Source: Callorhinchus milii (taxonomy: Eukaryota). Taken from it: DNA of 64,000 nt. The notes beneath the pieces were generated by a model. The model was not told the DNA's origin. It was given only the letters and a program-made list of their open reading frames with translations, and did not search any database. This document shows, piece after piece, positions 1 through 11,100 of the stretch. A program made the translations under genes and the position numbers. Every line of letters begins with the position of its first letter. Positions within the stretch are counted from its first letter, which is position 1. The stretch lies in assembly GCF_018977255.1 (NCBI RefSeq), contig NW_024704743.1, forward strand, positions 56,608,001 through 56,672,000. Direction: 5' to 3'.

Positions 1-140
1 ATTTTCATTTCACGAATAACAGGGATGCATCCCATTTAGATTCTTAACAGTTCACTCAGTGAGTAAAGATATTAAACAAATGACACAGGCAGCAAATATT
101 ACACCGCTTCCTAAACTCAATGTTACGGATGAGAATTTGC

Positions 141-514
141 ATAATAATAAAATAATACTAATCCTTGCATTTGATATAGCTCCTTATCACATTTTAAAGA
201 TATCTCAAAACATTTCACAGAATATACTGTAAAGTGAATTGACTGATATTTTGTGGGCGAAACGTGGCAGCCAATTGCGCACATCAGTGTCCCACAAACA
301 GTCATGGATTGAAGTGACAAATTTTTTTTTAAGGAATTATTACCCCCGGAAAAGCGATCCATCAATCAACTAACAACCGGGTTCCTACTTATTACTAGGT
401 AAACAGAGGCGTGTGCAGTAAGGAAATTTGCCCAACATTTTGCCCGCCAGGAATCGAACCCAGGTATCTCTCTTGCAAGGTAATTGCGCTAACCACTGTG
501 CTACAGGACTCCAC
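141..514 (-). mobile_element. tRNA-Ala-derived SINE, long subfamily
   Basis: Minus strand begins GTGGAGTCCTGTAGCACAGTGGTTAGCG (box A), has GGTTCGATTCC (box B), the extra CTCTGTTTACCTAGTAATAAGTAGGAACCCGG block, and ends ATATCAAATGCAAGGATTA plus (TTA)n; homologous to the copy at 35161. Confidence 0.9.
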
Positions 515-555
515 TACAAACTACAAGTTGTAATTCTTGACATAGATGCAGCAGG

Positions 556-1003
556 TGCCAGTCTGGCTCAGTTGGTAAAACTCTCATGCATTTGAGTCAG
601 GAAGTTATAGGTTTAAGCCCCACATCTGGATGCTGAACGCATAATCTAGCATGACATTTGAATACAGTGATTGGAGAAGGTTGTATTGTTAGAGATGCAA
701 TCGTTATAGGATGAGATGTTGAACTTATTCAAGTCCCATCTATTTGTTCAGATGGCTGTTAAAGATCTCATGATTTTGATCCCATCAAAAGAGATGTGAG
801 ATTCTGACCAACATCTCCTTGATTAAAAATAAACCGTCATTCACTTCTTGGCTGATTGCGAAACATTGCTGTGCACAAATTGGCTGCTGCATTTGCCTAC
901 AATAAAATGAGTCACTCTGCTTAACAGTATAGCGTGTGAAGCGATTTGAGACATCCTTCCAACATGACCAAGTACTACACCAAATGTGAGGATTATTATT
1001 ATT
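556..1003 (+). mobile_element. Old Deu-domain SINE (SacSINE1/AmnSINE1-like), near full length
   Basis: tRNA-like head TGGCTCAGTTGGTA...GAGTCAGGAAGTTATAGGTTTAAGCCCCAC, Deu-like core GATGAGATGTTGAAC...GTTAAAGATCTCATG, tail GCTGTGCACAAATTGGCTGC...GGATTATTATT. Confidence 0.75.
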
Positions 1004-1094
1004 CATGCTCTCTTTGTAAACATGGCATACATTGAGCACTAGGTAAAGCAATGAGTTAGCATAATTTTCTTTCATGTTCTTGGTTTGAATCTCA

Positions 1095-1465
1095 ATGAAT
1101 TGAGAGTCTGTCTCTGTCAGCCTGCAATAGATGTAAGGCTTCTGTGTCAAATGTGATAGAGTGTTAGTGGATGAGAGCCCCCACAGGGCACAATTTGACC
1201 CCATTTGGAACATATTGGTAATTCTGCTCACAGAGACCACAAGGATAGTTGGTATGGGAAATGGAACTAACATTTTTTTTGTGTAGTAGTCTGCACTTCA
1301 CAGAGTGCAGCTAAGGCATGTTATTACAGTAGGCCAGATGGAGCTTTACTCTACATCTCTTCATTCTACATCTAATCTGGGAGTCCTTGCCAGTGAAAAT
1401 CAATCCTTGAAATGGCATTGTATTCCAGTCCCCAATGCCACCATCCCTTGCCTCGATGAGGGCAT
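1095..1465 (+). mobile_element. Highly diverged LF-SINE-like element
   Basis: AAGGCATGTTA...GGAGCTTTACTCTACATCT...CTGGGAGTCCTTG...CATCCCTTGCCTCGATGAG resembles 33020-33190 and the recalled LF-SINE 3' half. Confidence 0.4.
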
Positions 1466-1924
1466 TGATTCAAGATCTATACTTTTTATTCACATTTACT
1501 AGTGCTAAATGCTAGCAAGTGTCATGGGCAAAGAGAAGGGTTCCCTGTTCACATGTTGAAACAAAGCAATTTGAAAGCACCTTTAGGAAGTGATTTAATC
1601 CTTCCAATTAATTCACTACTGTGCACTCATAAACTAACTCGCCTTTTACTTCTTGCTTTAAGATTTGTTTTCCTCATTAATGTTATATTTTATGCTGTCA
1701 GTTACACTACAAACAGTTATTATTAATAATAATAGTAATCCTTGCATTTGATAGAGAATATTTTGCCGTAAAGTGTAGTGACTGTGTTTTGTGGTGAATT
1801 TTACCTTATTGCAGGAAAACAAATCAGACTATGGGTAAGAATGCCAATGGTTTAGCTTCACTGAATATCATGTGGGTGCAGTATAATAAAATACTCAGCC
1901 GAGTGCAGAAGTCACACAATCTCT

Positions 1925-2327
1925 TGATTCCACCTCTTCAGCTTTCTGAGCAGAATATTTCACACCTACACAACCTCTAGGTGAAGAAATGCTTGCTGAC
2001 CTCAGTTCTGACTGTCTTATTTTAGAATTATGTCCCTTGAAATAGTTCTCTCTAACTGGGGGAAGAGTCGTTCACCATCTAACCCGTTAATTCCTTTCAT
2101 TACTTTAAATACTTCAATCAAATCTCCTCTGCTCTAAGGAATGTAATGTTGGTTTACCCAGTCTCTCATCAATAGCTGAGATCTTTCAACCAAAGAATTA
2201 ATCTAGTAAATAGTTGCTAGACACCCTCCAAGCCTGATATATCCTGCCTCAGATTAGTTGCCCAAAACTAAAGATAATATTTCAAATGAGGTCTGAGCAT
2301 CACTCAATATAACTTGATTTTATATTC
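1925..2327 (-). mobile_element. CR1 LINE ORF2, 3' part (split from 4098-4865 by an L2)
   Basis: Minus strand translates LEYK..LY*VMLRPHLKYYL*FWATNLRQDISGLEGV*QLFTRLI, matching CR1 LYxxLVRPHLEYCxQFWAP. Confidence 0.8.
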
Positions 2328-2332
2328 CAGAC

Positions 2333-4092
2333 AACACAACAACAAAATTACATTTATAGAGCACCTTTCACGTCGGGAGGAAGTCCCAAAGTGCTGGACA
2401 TTCAGGGGTCAGGACCCGAGCATGGGGGAGGGGTGGGGGAGAGGTGAGGGAAGGCAGAGAGGTAGGAGGGCGACTGAAGGCACGATCAAAGAGGAAGGTC
2501 TTGAGACCGGCCTTGAAGGAGGCAAGGGAGGAAGCGAGGCAAAGGGACTGTGGGATGGAGTTCCAGATTGCGGGGGCAGAGAGGCTGAAAACCCGGCCAC
2601 CGATGGTAGGGCGGGTCGGGCAGGAGACATGAAGCAGACCGGAGCCTGCTGAATGGAGGGAGCGGGCAGGTTTTTGTAGGGAGTCAGCAGGTCAGAGAGG
2701 TAGGAGGGGGCAAGGCCACAGATGGCCTTGAAAATGAGGACGAGGATCTTGAATTCAATCCACTGAGGAATGGGGAGCCAGTGGAGTCGGGCGAGGGTGG
2801 GAGTGATGGGGTCACGGAGCCTGGTGCGCAAGAGTACACAAGCTGCAGACTTTTGGATGATCTGCAGCTTGTGAAAGGAAGAATTGGGAAGACCGATGAG
2901 GAGGGAGTTTTCATAATCGAGCCTTGATGTGACGAATGTGTGGGTGAGTGTCTCAGTAGCCTGAGGGATGAGGCAGTGGCGGAGTCTGGTAATGTTGCGG
3001 AGGTGGTGGTAGGCATTGCCGGTCATGGTGTGGATGTGGGGGAGAAAGGATAGTTCAGGGTCAAACAAGATACCCATGTTCCTGACTGGCTTAGTAAGGT
3101 TGAGTGTGCAGCCGTGGATGCTGATGCTGCCAGTGCCCGAGGTGCGGAGGTGCTGGCGCGAGCCAATCAGGAGGGCCTCGGTCTGGCTGATGTTCAGTTG
3201 GAGAAAGTTGTCCCTTGTCCAGGACCTGATGTCGGACAGGTCAGGACACCAGTAGTCCTGGAGTTGAGGGTGGAGGCAGAGAGATAGAGTTGGGTGTCAT
3301 CTGCATACATGTGGAAATTTACCCCATGTTTGCAGATGATGTCACCAAGGGGGAGCATGTAGAGTGTGAAGAGGAGGGGACTGAGGACAGAGCCCTGAGG
3401 AACGCCGCATGAGACAGTGCGGGGGCTGGAGGAGAAGCCGTTTGCAGAGACGAAATGGAGGCAGTGTGAAAGTTAGTACCTGAAACGTGTCAAGGACAGA
3501 ACCTTGAAGGTTGAGATGGGAGGAGAGGCAGTGGAGGAGGATTGATTGGTCCACAGTATCAAAGGCGGTGGAGTGGTCGAGGAGGACGAGGAGGAAGAGG
3601 GAGCCGTGGTCAGCACAGAAACCCGATTGGAAGGATTCAGAGAGGGAGTGGGAGGAGCGGAAAGAGCAAAGCTGGGAGGTGATGACTCTCTCAAGGACCT
3701 TAGACAGAAAAGGGAGGTTGGAGATAGGCCGGTAGCTGGATAGCTGTGATGGGTCAAGGGAAGGTTTCTTCAAGGTGGGGGTGATAGTTGCTGTTTTGAG
3801 TGGGCTAGGAACAGTGCCAGATGACAGGGAGAGTTTGGGATGTCAGCAAGCAGTGAGGCAAGGAGGTGGAGCTGGGATTTAAGGAAAGGGTTGGGGATGG
3901 TGTCCAGGGAGCAGGTGGTGAGTTTCATGGAGGATATGGTGGTGATGACAGAAGAGGGGTGACAGGTTCAAAAGTGTACAAGGAGGGATGAGTAGTGGTC
4001 GGAGTGTGTGGGGGGGGGGTGGTTGGGAGGAGGTGGAAGTTGGGAGGGCAGTGGCAGCTTAGCGGATTTCCTCAATTTTGGACTTGAGGGAA
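2333..4092 (-). mobile_element. 5'-truncated L2 LINE (family A), decayed RT/ORF2
   Basis: [44 protein letters not shown] (about 3290-3316), FVTSRLDYENSLL, LHWLP; 3' stem-loop and (TTG)n tail; flanked by CAGAC repeats at 2328-2332 and 4093-4097. Confidence 0.95.
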
Positions 4093-4097
4093 CAGAC

Positions 4098-4865
4098 CTG
4101 TGTTATGAAGACCTGCATTCCATTTATCTTTTTGACTGCTGTCTGCACCTGCAAACTCGATTTTAATGATCTATGGATTTGGCTTCCTTGATGGCTTTGT
4201 TTCTTTATCCCTCCAAAATGTACTCCCTCATACTTTACAATGTTGAACTTAATTTGCCATAATTCTGCCCATTTGTTTAATCTGTCTCGGTGTCTCTGCA
4301 AATTTGCCTGTCTTCCACAATTTAAAGCATCTCCTAGATTTGAGTTAAGATAGAGACTGTAGACATAGTTTTTTCTATACCCCTATCCAGATCATTGATA
4401 TATAGAGTGAAAACTGGGACCCAGCTCTAAATCCTGGAGATCACCACTTGTCACTGCCCAGCAATCAGCTAACATCTCTTTTATACTAAACCGCTGACTC
4501 CTGTCTCCCAAGCAATTTCCTATCAATGACATAATATTGCCTCCAACTCCATCTAGTGCCTTAAATTTAGCTAATAATATTTCATGCAGCACTTTATCAC
4601 ATCCTTACTTAAAATCAATGTAAGTGACAGCCATCGATTTTCCCCTTTAACTATCGCCTCGGTAGTGCTGTTAAACAGCTCTCTTATAGTTGCAAGACAT
4701 GATGTACCCTTCATAAACCCACGTTGATCTTCCTGATCTGTGCGTATTTATCTAGATGCTCTGTTACTCTGTCCCTGATAATAGTTTCCAATAATATGCC
4801 GATCACAGATGTTAAACTCCCAGGCCCACAGTTGCTTGTTTTGTCTCCTCTTCTCTTCCTTAAAT
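4098..4865 (-). mobile_element. CR1 LINE RT region (5' part of the split element)
   Basis: ORF-track peptides SLTSVIGILLETIIRDRVTEHLD, WAVTSGDLQDLELGP, DRLNKWAELWQIKFNIVKYEGVHFG and AVKKINGM are decayed CR1 RT motifs. Confidence 0.85.
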
Positions 4866-4894
4866 TATATTTATGGTACAGTATTCCAAATTGT

Positions 4895-5235
4895 AACAAC
4901 ATTCTGTGTAAAAACTTTTTTTCTAACCTCTCCCCTTATTCTTCCAGTGATAATCCTTAACTCTCTTATTACTGAAAAGTGGAAATAATTTCTCTCTATT
5001 TACAGTGTCAAAGCCATTCATAATTTTGAAAACCTCTAATAGATTCCATCAACATTTTTCAAACCTCTCCATGTTACAATAACCTCTCATTTCTCATATC
5101 CTATAGATGTGTTGAATCCCCACTGTACCTTCCCCATGGCTGTAATGTTCTTTCTAAACTCTGATGTCCATAAATAGCCTGAATGCTCCAACTGCAGCCT
5201 AACCCAAGTCATGTACAAATTGAATATTGCCTGTA
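4895..5235 (-). mobile_element. Second, old CR1 ORF2 3' fragment
   Basis: Minus strand TTGTACATGACTTGGGTTAGGCTGCAGTTGGAGCAT (LYxxxVRxxLE-like) followed by GAGGTTTTCAAAATTATGAATGGCTTTGAC. Confidence 0.6.
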
Positions 5236-7899
5236 TATCATAGCCACTGAATGCATAACAGAAACTTTACGATAAACCATCTAACATGCAGCAGAATGTC
5301 CATACAGTACTCTTCTTGGGAGGGCAGAAGTGTTGGGAGTGTAACTGAAGAATGGAACGATCACACACTTCTAGTATTCCCAGTATAAAAAGTGGTCCCC
5401 ATCTGTAGTGAACCTGTGCTTGTTATTTAACTGATAGTGTTGTTTCCATTTTCAACAAGTCTGATAAATTCCCTCCTTGGACAAACATCTCTTGATATAT
5501 GACGACAGCAAGATTGGCAATGCACTGTGCTTTAATTCCTCTCCCCAGTGATGACTATTTGGCTTTGAGGCAATGTTAAAGGAGATGGTAACTCCAATTA
5601 TTTTGTTTATTAACAGGTTCCTTTCTTCTCAAGATGCTTCCCTTGAAGGTGCATCTCGCAGTGAGTTGACGTCAGCAGTGCAATATGCTGATGTCAAGAC
5701 GGAGGTCTCAGTGGCACATGTCTGCTCCCTGGGATCGATTGTGCGATGGTTTGTTTTCAGACTCATTGTAAATCATCTCTTAAAAAAACAAGTATTTAAT
5801 TCTTTCACCATTCTATTCAATCTTCCCATGCTATTCATTATCCCCAGGTAGCGAGCTGCTCCAAATGTTCCTGCATAATTGGATAGCAGGAAATACGTTA
5901 AAAGTAGCCCGGGGAGACAGTCCCTTTAATTGTCCCTCTCTTCCTGTGGGGAAGCACCTGGTTTCTGCTCAGAACCTCTTCTAAAGGCACAGCTAATACT
6001 GGGCACTCTGCATGGTGAATAAGCATAGCTTAGTTGCTACTTGGCATGACCCATTGCAGTTTCAACATACCTGCTGCCCACGGCCTTTTCATTTGAGCGC
6101 TGTAGCACAGCGATATGTGTGATTGAACTCAGCTATTCCTTTTCCTAAGCTATATCAACTATGGTGAAATTACTTCTCATGATATCAATGGTCAATTTTT
6201 GTAGTGTTTTTCTTTTATTAGTTTCCGCATATCAAGCTCATCTTGACAAAACATAGATGACTACAAATTGCTGAATGCAGTGTCCTAAGCTCCTTTCTAC
6301 ATCCTCAATGAAGTATAATCAAAACTCATTGTACAGTATCATACTTTAATTTATCCTTTCGTAGGACCCCCTAATACGGTGAAAGTGTTAGACTTCCTCG
6401 CTCTTCTCTCCCTTCAAGATTTACAGGCAATTAAAGCAAAAATTGATGTTACATAACCACTGCTTGTTAACTGATATAATTTCCTCTCCTATTCCTGAAG
6501 ACCTATGTTCTGATTTTGGTCAGAATTCCCCTACCCTGACCTCGTTGTGTGAAGTGCTTTGAAACATTCTCCTAATATTAAAATCTATGAATGTAAATTG
6601 TTGTTTTTCCCTTCGAGTGACTCACCATTTCTTAAAAAAAATCCGAAATGAACTACATAATCACATAGTGTAAAGTATTTGGGGTCTGTTTTCCATTTTT
6701 TTGCCCACAGATTGTTAATGCATAACCTGATTTCCAGCGTCAGGGGCAATTGCAGCCATTCACGAAAGTATATTCACCCCAAATAAAATTGTGCAATATG
6801 AATATTCAAATTACATTCAAATCACCATCCATCGTATTGGAGCTCCCTCAATGGCCAGCTTGAGAATCGCAGGTGTGAGAAATGGCCATAGGGAATGAAT
6901 GCCCAGCAATTTAAGAGATGATTCTGAATGACTCAGAATAATTCAAGGAAAAATGGTGGTAACTAGAAGCAAGTCACTCTGTTTCTGTTTTCATTTTGGA
7001 TTCTGTTTCTGTTTTTTTTAAATTCTTGAATTGCTTTCTTTGGTTATCTCTATCAATGCAGCATTCCTGGCTAATGGGGAGGGTATCTAACTCTGTGGCC
7101 TCTGTGAACATCACTTGAAATCCCAGGGGGACTCATAGAATCATTTTCCTTGCTTCACTGTGTGAGAAGTGCTTGGCATCCATTCACCATTTCCCCCATG
7201 GTTGTAAAACTGAGACTGGTGGCACCTCAGCATGTGGGAGAATCACGGAGGCTGTCTCATGCTGCAGATGAGCCTATTCAATGGTATTATACAAAGATCA
7301 GATGTGTTTCCTTTGAGAGTATATTGTGCATTAGAACAACAATACTCCTTTAATATCTGCTCCCCATTGCTCAATACACCATCCCCCAGTCAACAGGGCA
7401 CACAAGCTACTCCAATGCTTCTTGTCAATGTCACTCTATAATCTATCATTGAGAGGGGTGAAAGAGCAGCCCCAGGTAAATTTGCTGGCAATTTTCCTTC
7501 TGTTAAAGGGCGAAGGCCAGTTAGGGCTCTGATTAGTGACCCCACCCCACAAACTGACCAAAATTGGTAAAACTCCAATAAGGAAGCCTTATTCTGTGTT
7601 GCAATGGTTCACCAACTCTCGACATCCTCAGGCCACATGACATTGTCATCTTAACCGAATTTAAATCATCAATTTCAAGATAAATTTCTTAACAAAAATA
7701 AGATTTCAACATATTATCTCTGATCTTGTTCTCAAGAGTCTTTTCCAGTACATGAAAATTATTTCAACACCTGAACGCAGTTCAATATCTTGAAACAGCA
7801 TTCAATGCAAAACGCAGAACATGTGCTGTAATGTTAAACCCAGTATATAAAAGCATGATTGTATCAGTTCAGCGAGTTAATTTAGACTTACAAACTGTA

Positions 7900-8930
7900 G
7901 AAAACCAATGACAGGGCTGCTTATCAGTGTGTATGTGAATAGATAATTCAGCTGTAACAGCTCTAATTGGGCTTAATTCACTGACTGACCTCTTGCCACT
8001 TTATTCACCATTGCAACTGAGCTCTGATAAACCTTTAATGGTAAATTGCACCCAGCTGCACGCTGCTTATCATGCAAGCAAAAACACTATCATCAACTAC
8101 TTCATCTCTGTGACCTGCTAATTTGGAGCATATGTAACTGTTTTTAAAGCTGAGGCTTGACATACCACAAACAGCAGATGTTACAGCTGCCCTTAAAACG
8201 CTTTATTTAGTTCAATTACATCTTTTCGAAACATGATGTGGGGTTGGGGGGAGTAGAGTGAAAGCCAAGCCAAAACGAGAGGCCAGCGTTAAAAAGATGG
8301 TCTAGTTGAGGCCCAGGTGCCTGGATGGGCAAATGATTGGGTGAATATCTAAATGATTCTTTTAATTGAGCAGATTGACAGATAATCAGGGTCATGTAGT
8401 GTTATCACACTGATGAGCTGAGTGCAGCCTCAGGCTTCTCTGCAATTAATGCTGCTTTGCCAGAGAGAAAGATAATGCACACCATCTGGCAGGGATTTTT
8501 TTTTAAACAGCCTGTGGTTTCCAACACATCCGAGTTTAAAACAATTCAAAATATTATTGCTGCCGAGGAGTGTGAAGCTAAGAGCTCTGCCCTCCAGTTG
8601 AACTCCGACTGCTGTCCGAGAGCCATTCCATTCATCTCGCAGACCAGCACCGCTCGTCTTTCGCATTCCTCCTTCCGACTGTCACAAGAATTGGGTTGCA
8701 AATTAAAACGCCTGATCGTTAATGTGAAATAGAAGCCAAAATGCTGTACATACATTCTGAGGGGGATTGCAGACACCATGGCCTGGTAGCTACATTGCAC
8801 ATTGCATTGCAGTTCCAGCACATCTCATCCCTTCATGGCTCAGGGCGTTTTTCTGTTCAGCCCTGTGTCATCTGAGCTATGTCAACTATGATGAAATCAT
8901 TGACACCTTTTCATAGCACAAATGGTTGGT
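7900..8930. promoter_or_regulatory. Candidate conserved non-coding element / enhancer cluster
   Basis: No recognisable repeat; seven WGATAA motifs in 7921-8475, TGACAG at 7909 and 8376, CAGCTG at 7949 and 8053, several TAAT cores. Conservation itself is not testable here. Confidence 0.45.
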
Positions 8931-9029
8931 TTTCATAGTGTTGTGTATATTTTAGTTTATGTGGTAACCTTACGTGTGAATATTGTTGTTAGCTAAAATG
9001 TGTAGCAGGGTGGCAGGGCTGGATGTTGC

Positions 9030-9325
9030 AGGAGATTAGAAACGGCACTTTCACCTTTCAGACCCTAGTTCCAATTAATCCATCCAAGATTAATTGTTTC
9101 CTTTGTATGTTTGGCTGTAAGCATCCTGTATAAAATAAATTTGGAAAGATTCAACCCAGTTCCTTGTATGTGTGTGTGTGGACTCAGAGCACAACATTAG
9201 CTGAAACTGCCACACCCTCACTCACAGAGGACATAGACTATGGGAAAAGGTAATTGTGACATTGGCGCACTTCAGAGGTTAGGACTGAGACGTGTTATTG
9301 GGGCAGAGAGAGGTTTGCAGTTAGA
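9030..9325 (+). mobile_element. LF-SINE-like ancient SINE
   Basis: GCACTTTCACCTTTCAGAC...TGGCTGTAAGCATCCTGTATAAAATAAATTTGG...CAACCCAGTTCCTTGT...GGACTGAGAC is collinear with recalled LF-SINE motifs GCCTTTCACCTCT, TATGTGAAATGAGTTGG, CCAGTTCCTAGT and GGTTGAGGC. Confidence 0.55.
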
Positions 9326-10670
9326 GGATTGCAATGCCAGCATTCTGTGGAAGTCTTACCAGAGAGTAAAGTGAGGGATGGTAATAAATGGTCTGCAGTT
9401 AACTTTTAATGCCATATCTTGATGTGACAGTGGCATTAAAACGTCTGCTATATAGTTTTTGAAGGTAGCCTGCATTTGGCACTTCATCGGATCACATTCA
9501 GGGACCAAGATAAAATTCTGATTGAAAACAAGGTTTTGTTTCACTTATTGCACGGCATGGATGATTTAAAATAGGATTGTTTTTGAATAAATTGGAATTT
9601 ATTCATTGAAATGTTAAAAAGTCACAGAAAATGTTTGGTGAGCAATTTATTTTGGAGAGAGAAAAGCCACATAAAATTGCATAATGGGAGTACCTTATTC
9701 AAGTGATGGCATTTACATTGTTGTGTTTGTAAACAGGCAAGCAGGAGATTTATGGAACATTTTTTCTTGAAAAGATTTCCCCCTTTAATCTTCAGGAGGT
9801 GTATAGAATGAATGGAGTGGCTTTTAGGACTTTTACTATGCTGATGCCTCTTGATACGTACTTTTGGATGAAATTTGGGGCTTTCCAGAACTGAGCTAAA
9901 CATCACATTGAATGCATTAGGAAACTGCTTATTTTGAGCATTCCAAAGAATGGCTGTGAAATTCAACACCCCTGAGGTTCACACAATGAACTGATCTGTC
10001 TCTGCGCCATGAAAAAAGCATTTGCCATCTTGAATTTCGTTATGTGGCTGGAGCAAGTTCGTTTTTGCTTCTGGAGGTAGCATCTGAGTGCTGCTTCACA
10101 TGATATCAACTGAAATACTGACTGCAGGGGGGGGAAGCATTTGATGTAATAATTATCCACTGCATCTTGAGCTCTTCAGGTGCTCTGCATCACAACTCTC
10201 TTTACCTTTGTACACCTCATGTTTGATTTTGACATCCATTTGGTGCTATTTTTACAGCAAATTGCAAGGCACAGACGAGCATCAGAATATAGTTTTACAG
10301 GACCGTGCTAAGTGTCCTTGTCCAATATTTTTAAAACACATAAATTATGCCATCACATGACTGATGAGTTGACTTGGAGTCCTGTGTATCTAAGCAGTGC
10401 TGAAAACATTTGCTGCCTATTTTTTAGCACACATACATCATCTGTCATTTTGCATGTATTTTTCATCCTAATGCAAATCAGCTGAAAAACGAAGCCACCA
10501 GCAAGTATAATTTTAGTAGGGAGCCTGTTGTCATAAATTTATGCAACCCTGCTGTTCCACTCTGGTACATGCAAACTGGCTGGCCTGTTGACGTAGAGGA
10601 AGGAATACTAGGATTTTTGTCTCAGTTTCAAGTGAGCTATGAAGATTGGCTAAATAAACCAGGGATCTTA

Positions 10671-10781
10671 TAATAATATAATAATAATAATCCTTGCATT
10701 TGATATAGCGCTTTTCACGTCGGGAGGACAACCCAAAGCGCTTCACAGAACACACTGTAAAGTGAATTGGCTGTGTATTTC
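10671..10781 (-). mobile_element. 3' fragment of the tRNA-Ala SINE
   Basis: Near-identical to the reverse complement of the last ~110 nt of 17031-17347. Confidence 0.9.
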
Positions 10782-10799
10782 TGGACTGTATATCTTGAA

Positions 10800-11100
10800 A
10801 ACAAATGACACTGAGGGAACCTACTGGTTGTATATAAGATGAGAAAGTAAAGCCAGAATAACACCTTCAGATATTCAGGTCAGCAGGGCAAGAGGGCACA
10901 GGGCTGTGAAGGGTAATTTCAGGACAGGCATCAAGATGGATTTACACGATTAACAATTGGAAGAGGGTTACCAGGAAAACCTTGTTGAGGCCAGGATATT
11001 GGACTCATTTAAGAAGTAACCTGATGCGTAATTGTTGGATAACGTTCTGGAGGATTATATCAAATTGGCTGAAGGGCCTTTTTCATCCAAATCTCTCTTT
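10800..11100 (+). mobile_element. Old CR1 3' fragment
   Basis: AGAGGGCACAGG...GAAGGGTAATTTCAGGACAG...GTTGAGGCCAGGATATTGGACTCATTTAAGAAG, similar to 46200-46440. Confidence 0.55.

Noticed and set aside
785..1273. 162-aa ORF
   Set aside because: Spans antisense SINE sequence; no protein-like features.
7640..7790. hAT transposase C-terminal remnant on the minus strand (EKTLENKIRDNMLKS)
   Set aside because: Similarity is too short and weak, and no terminal inverted repeats were seen.
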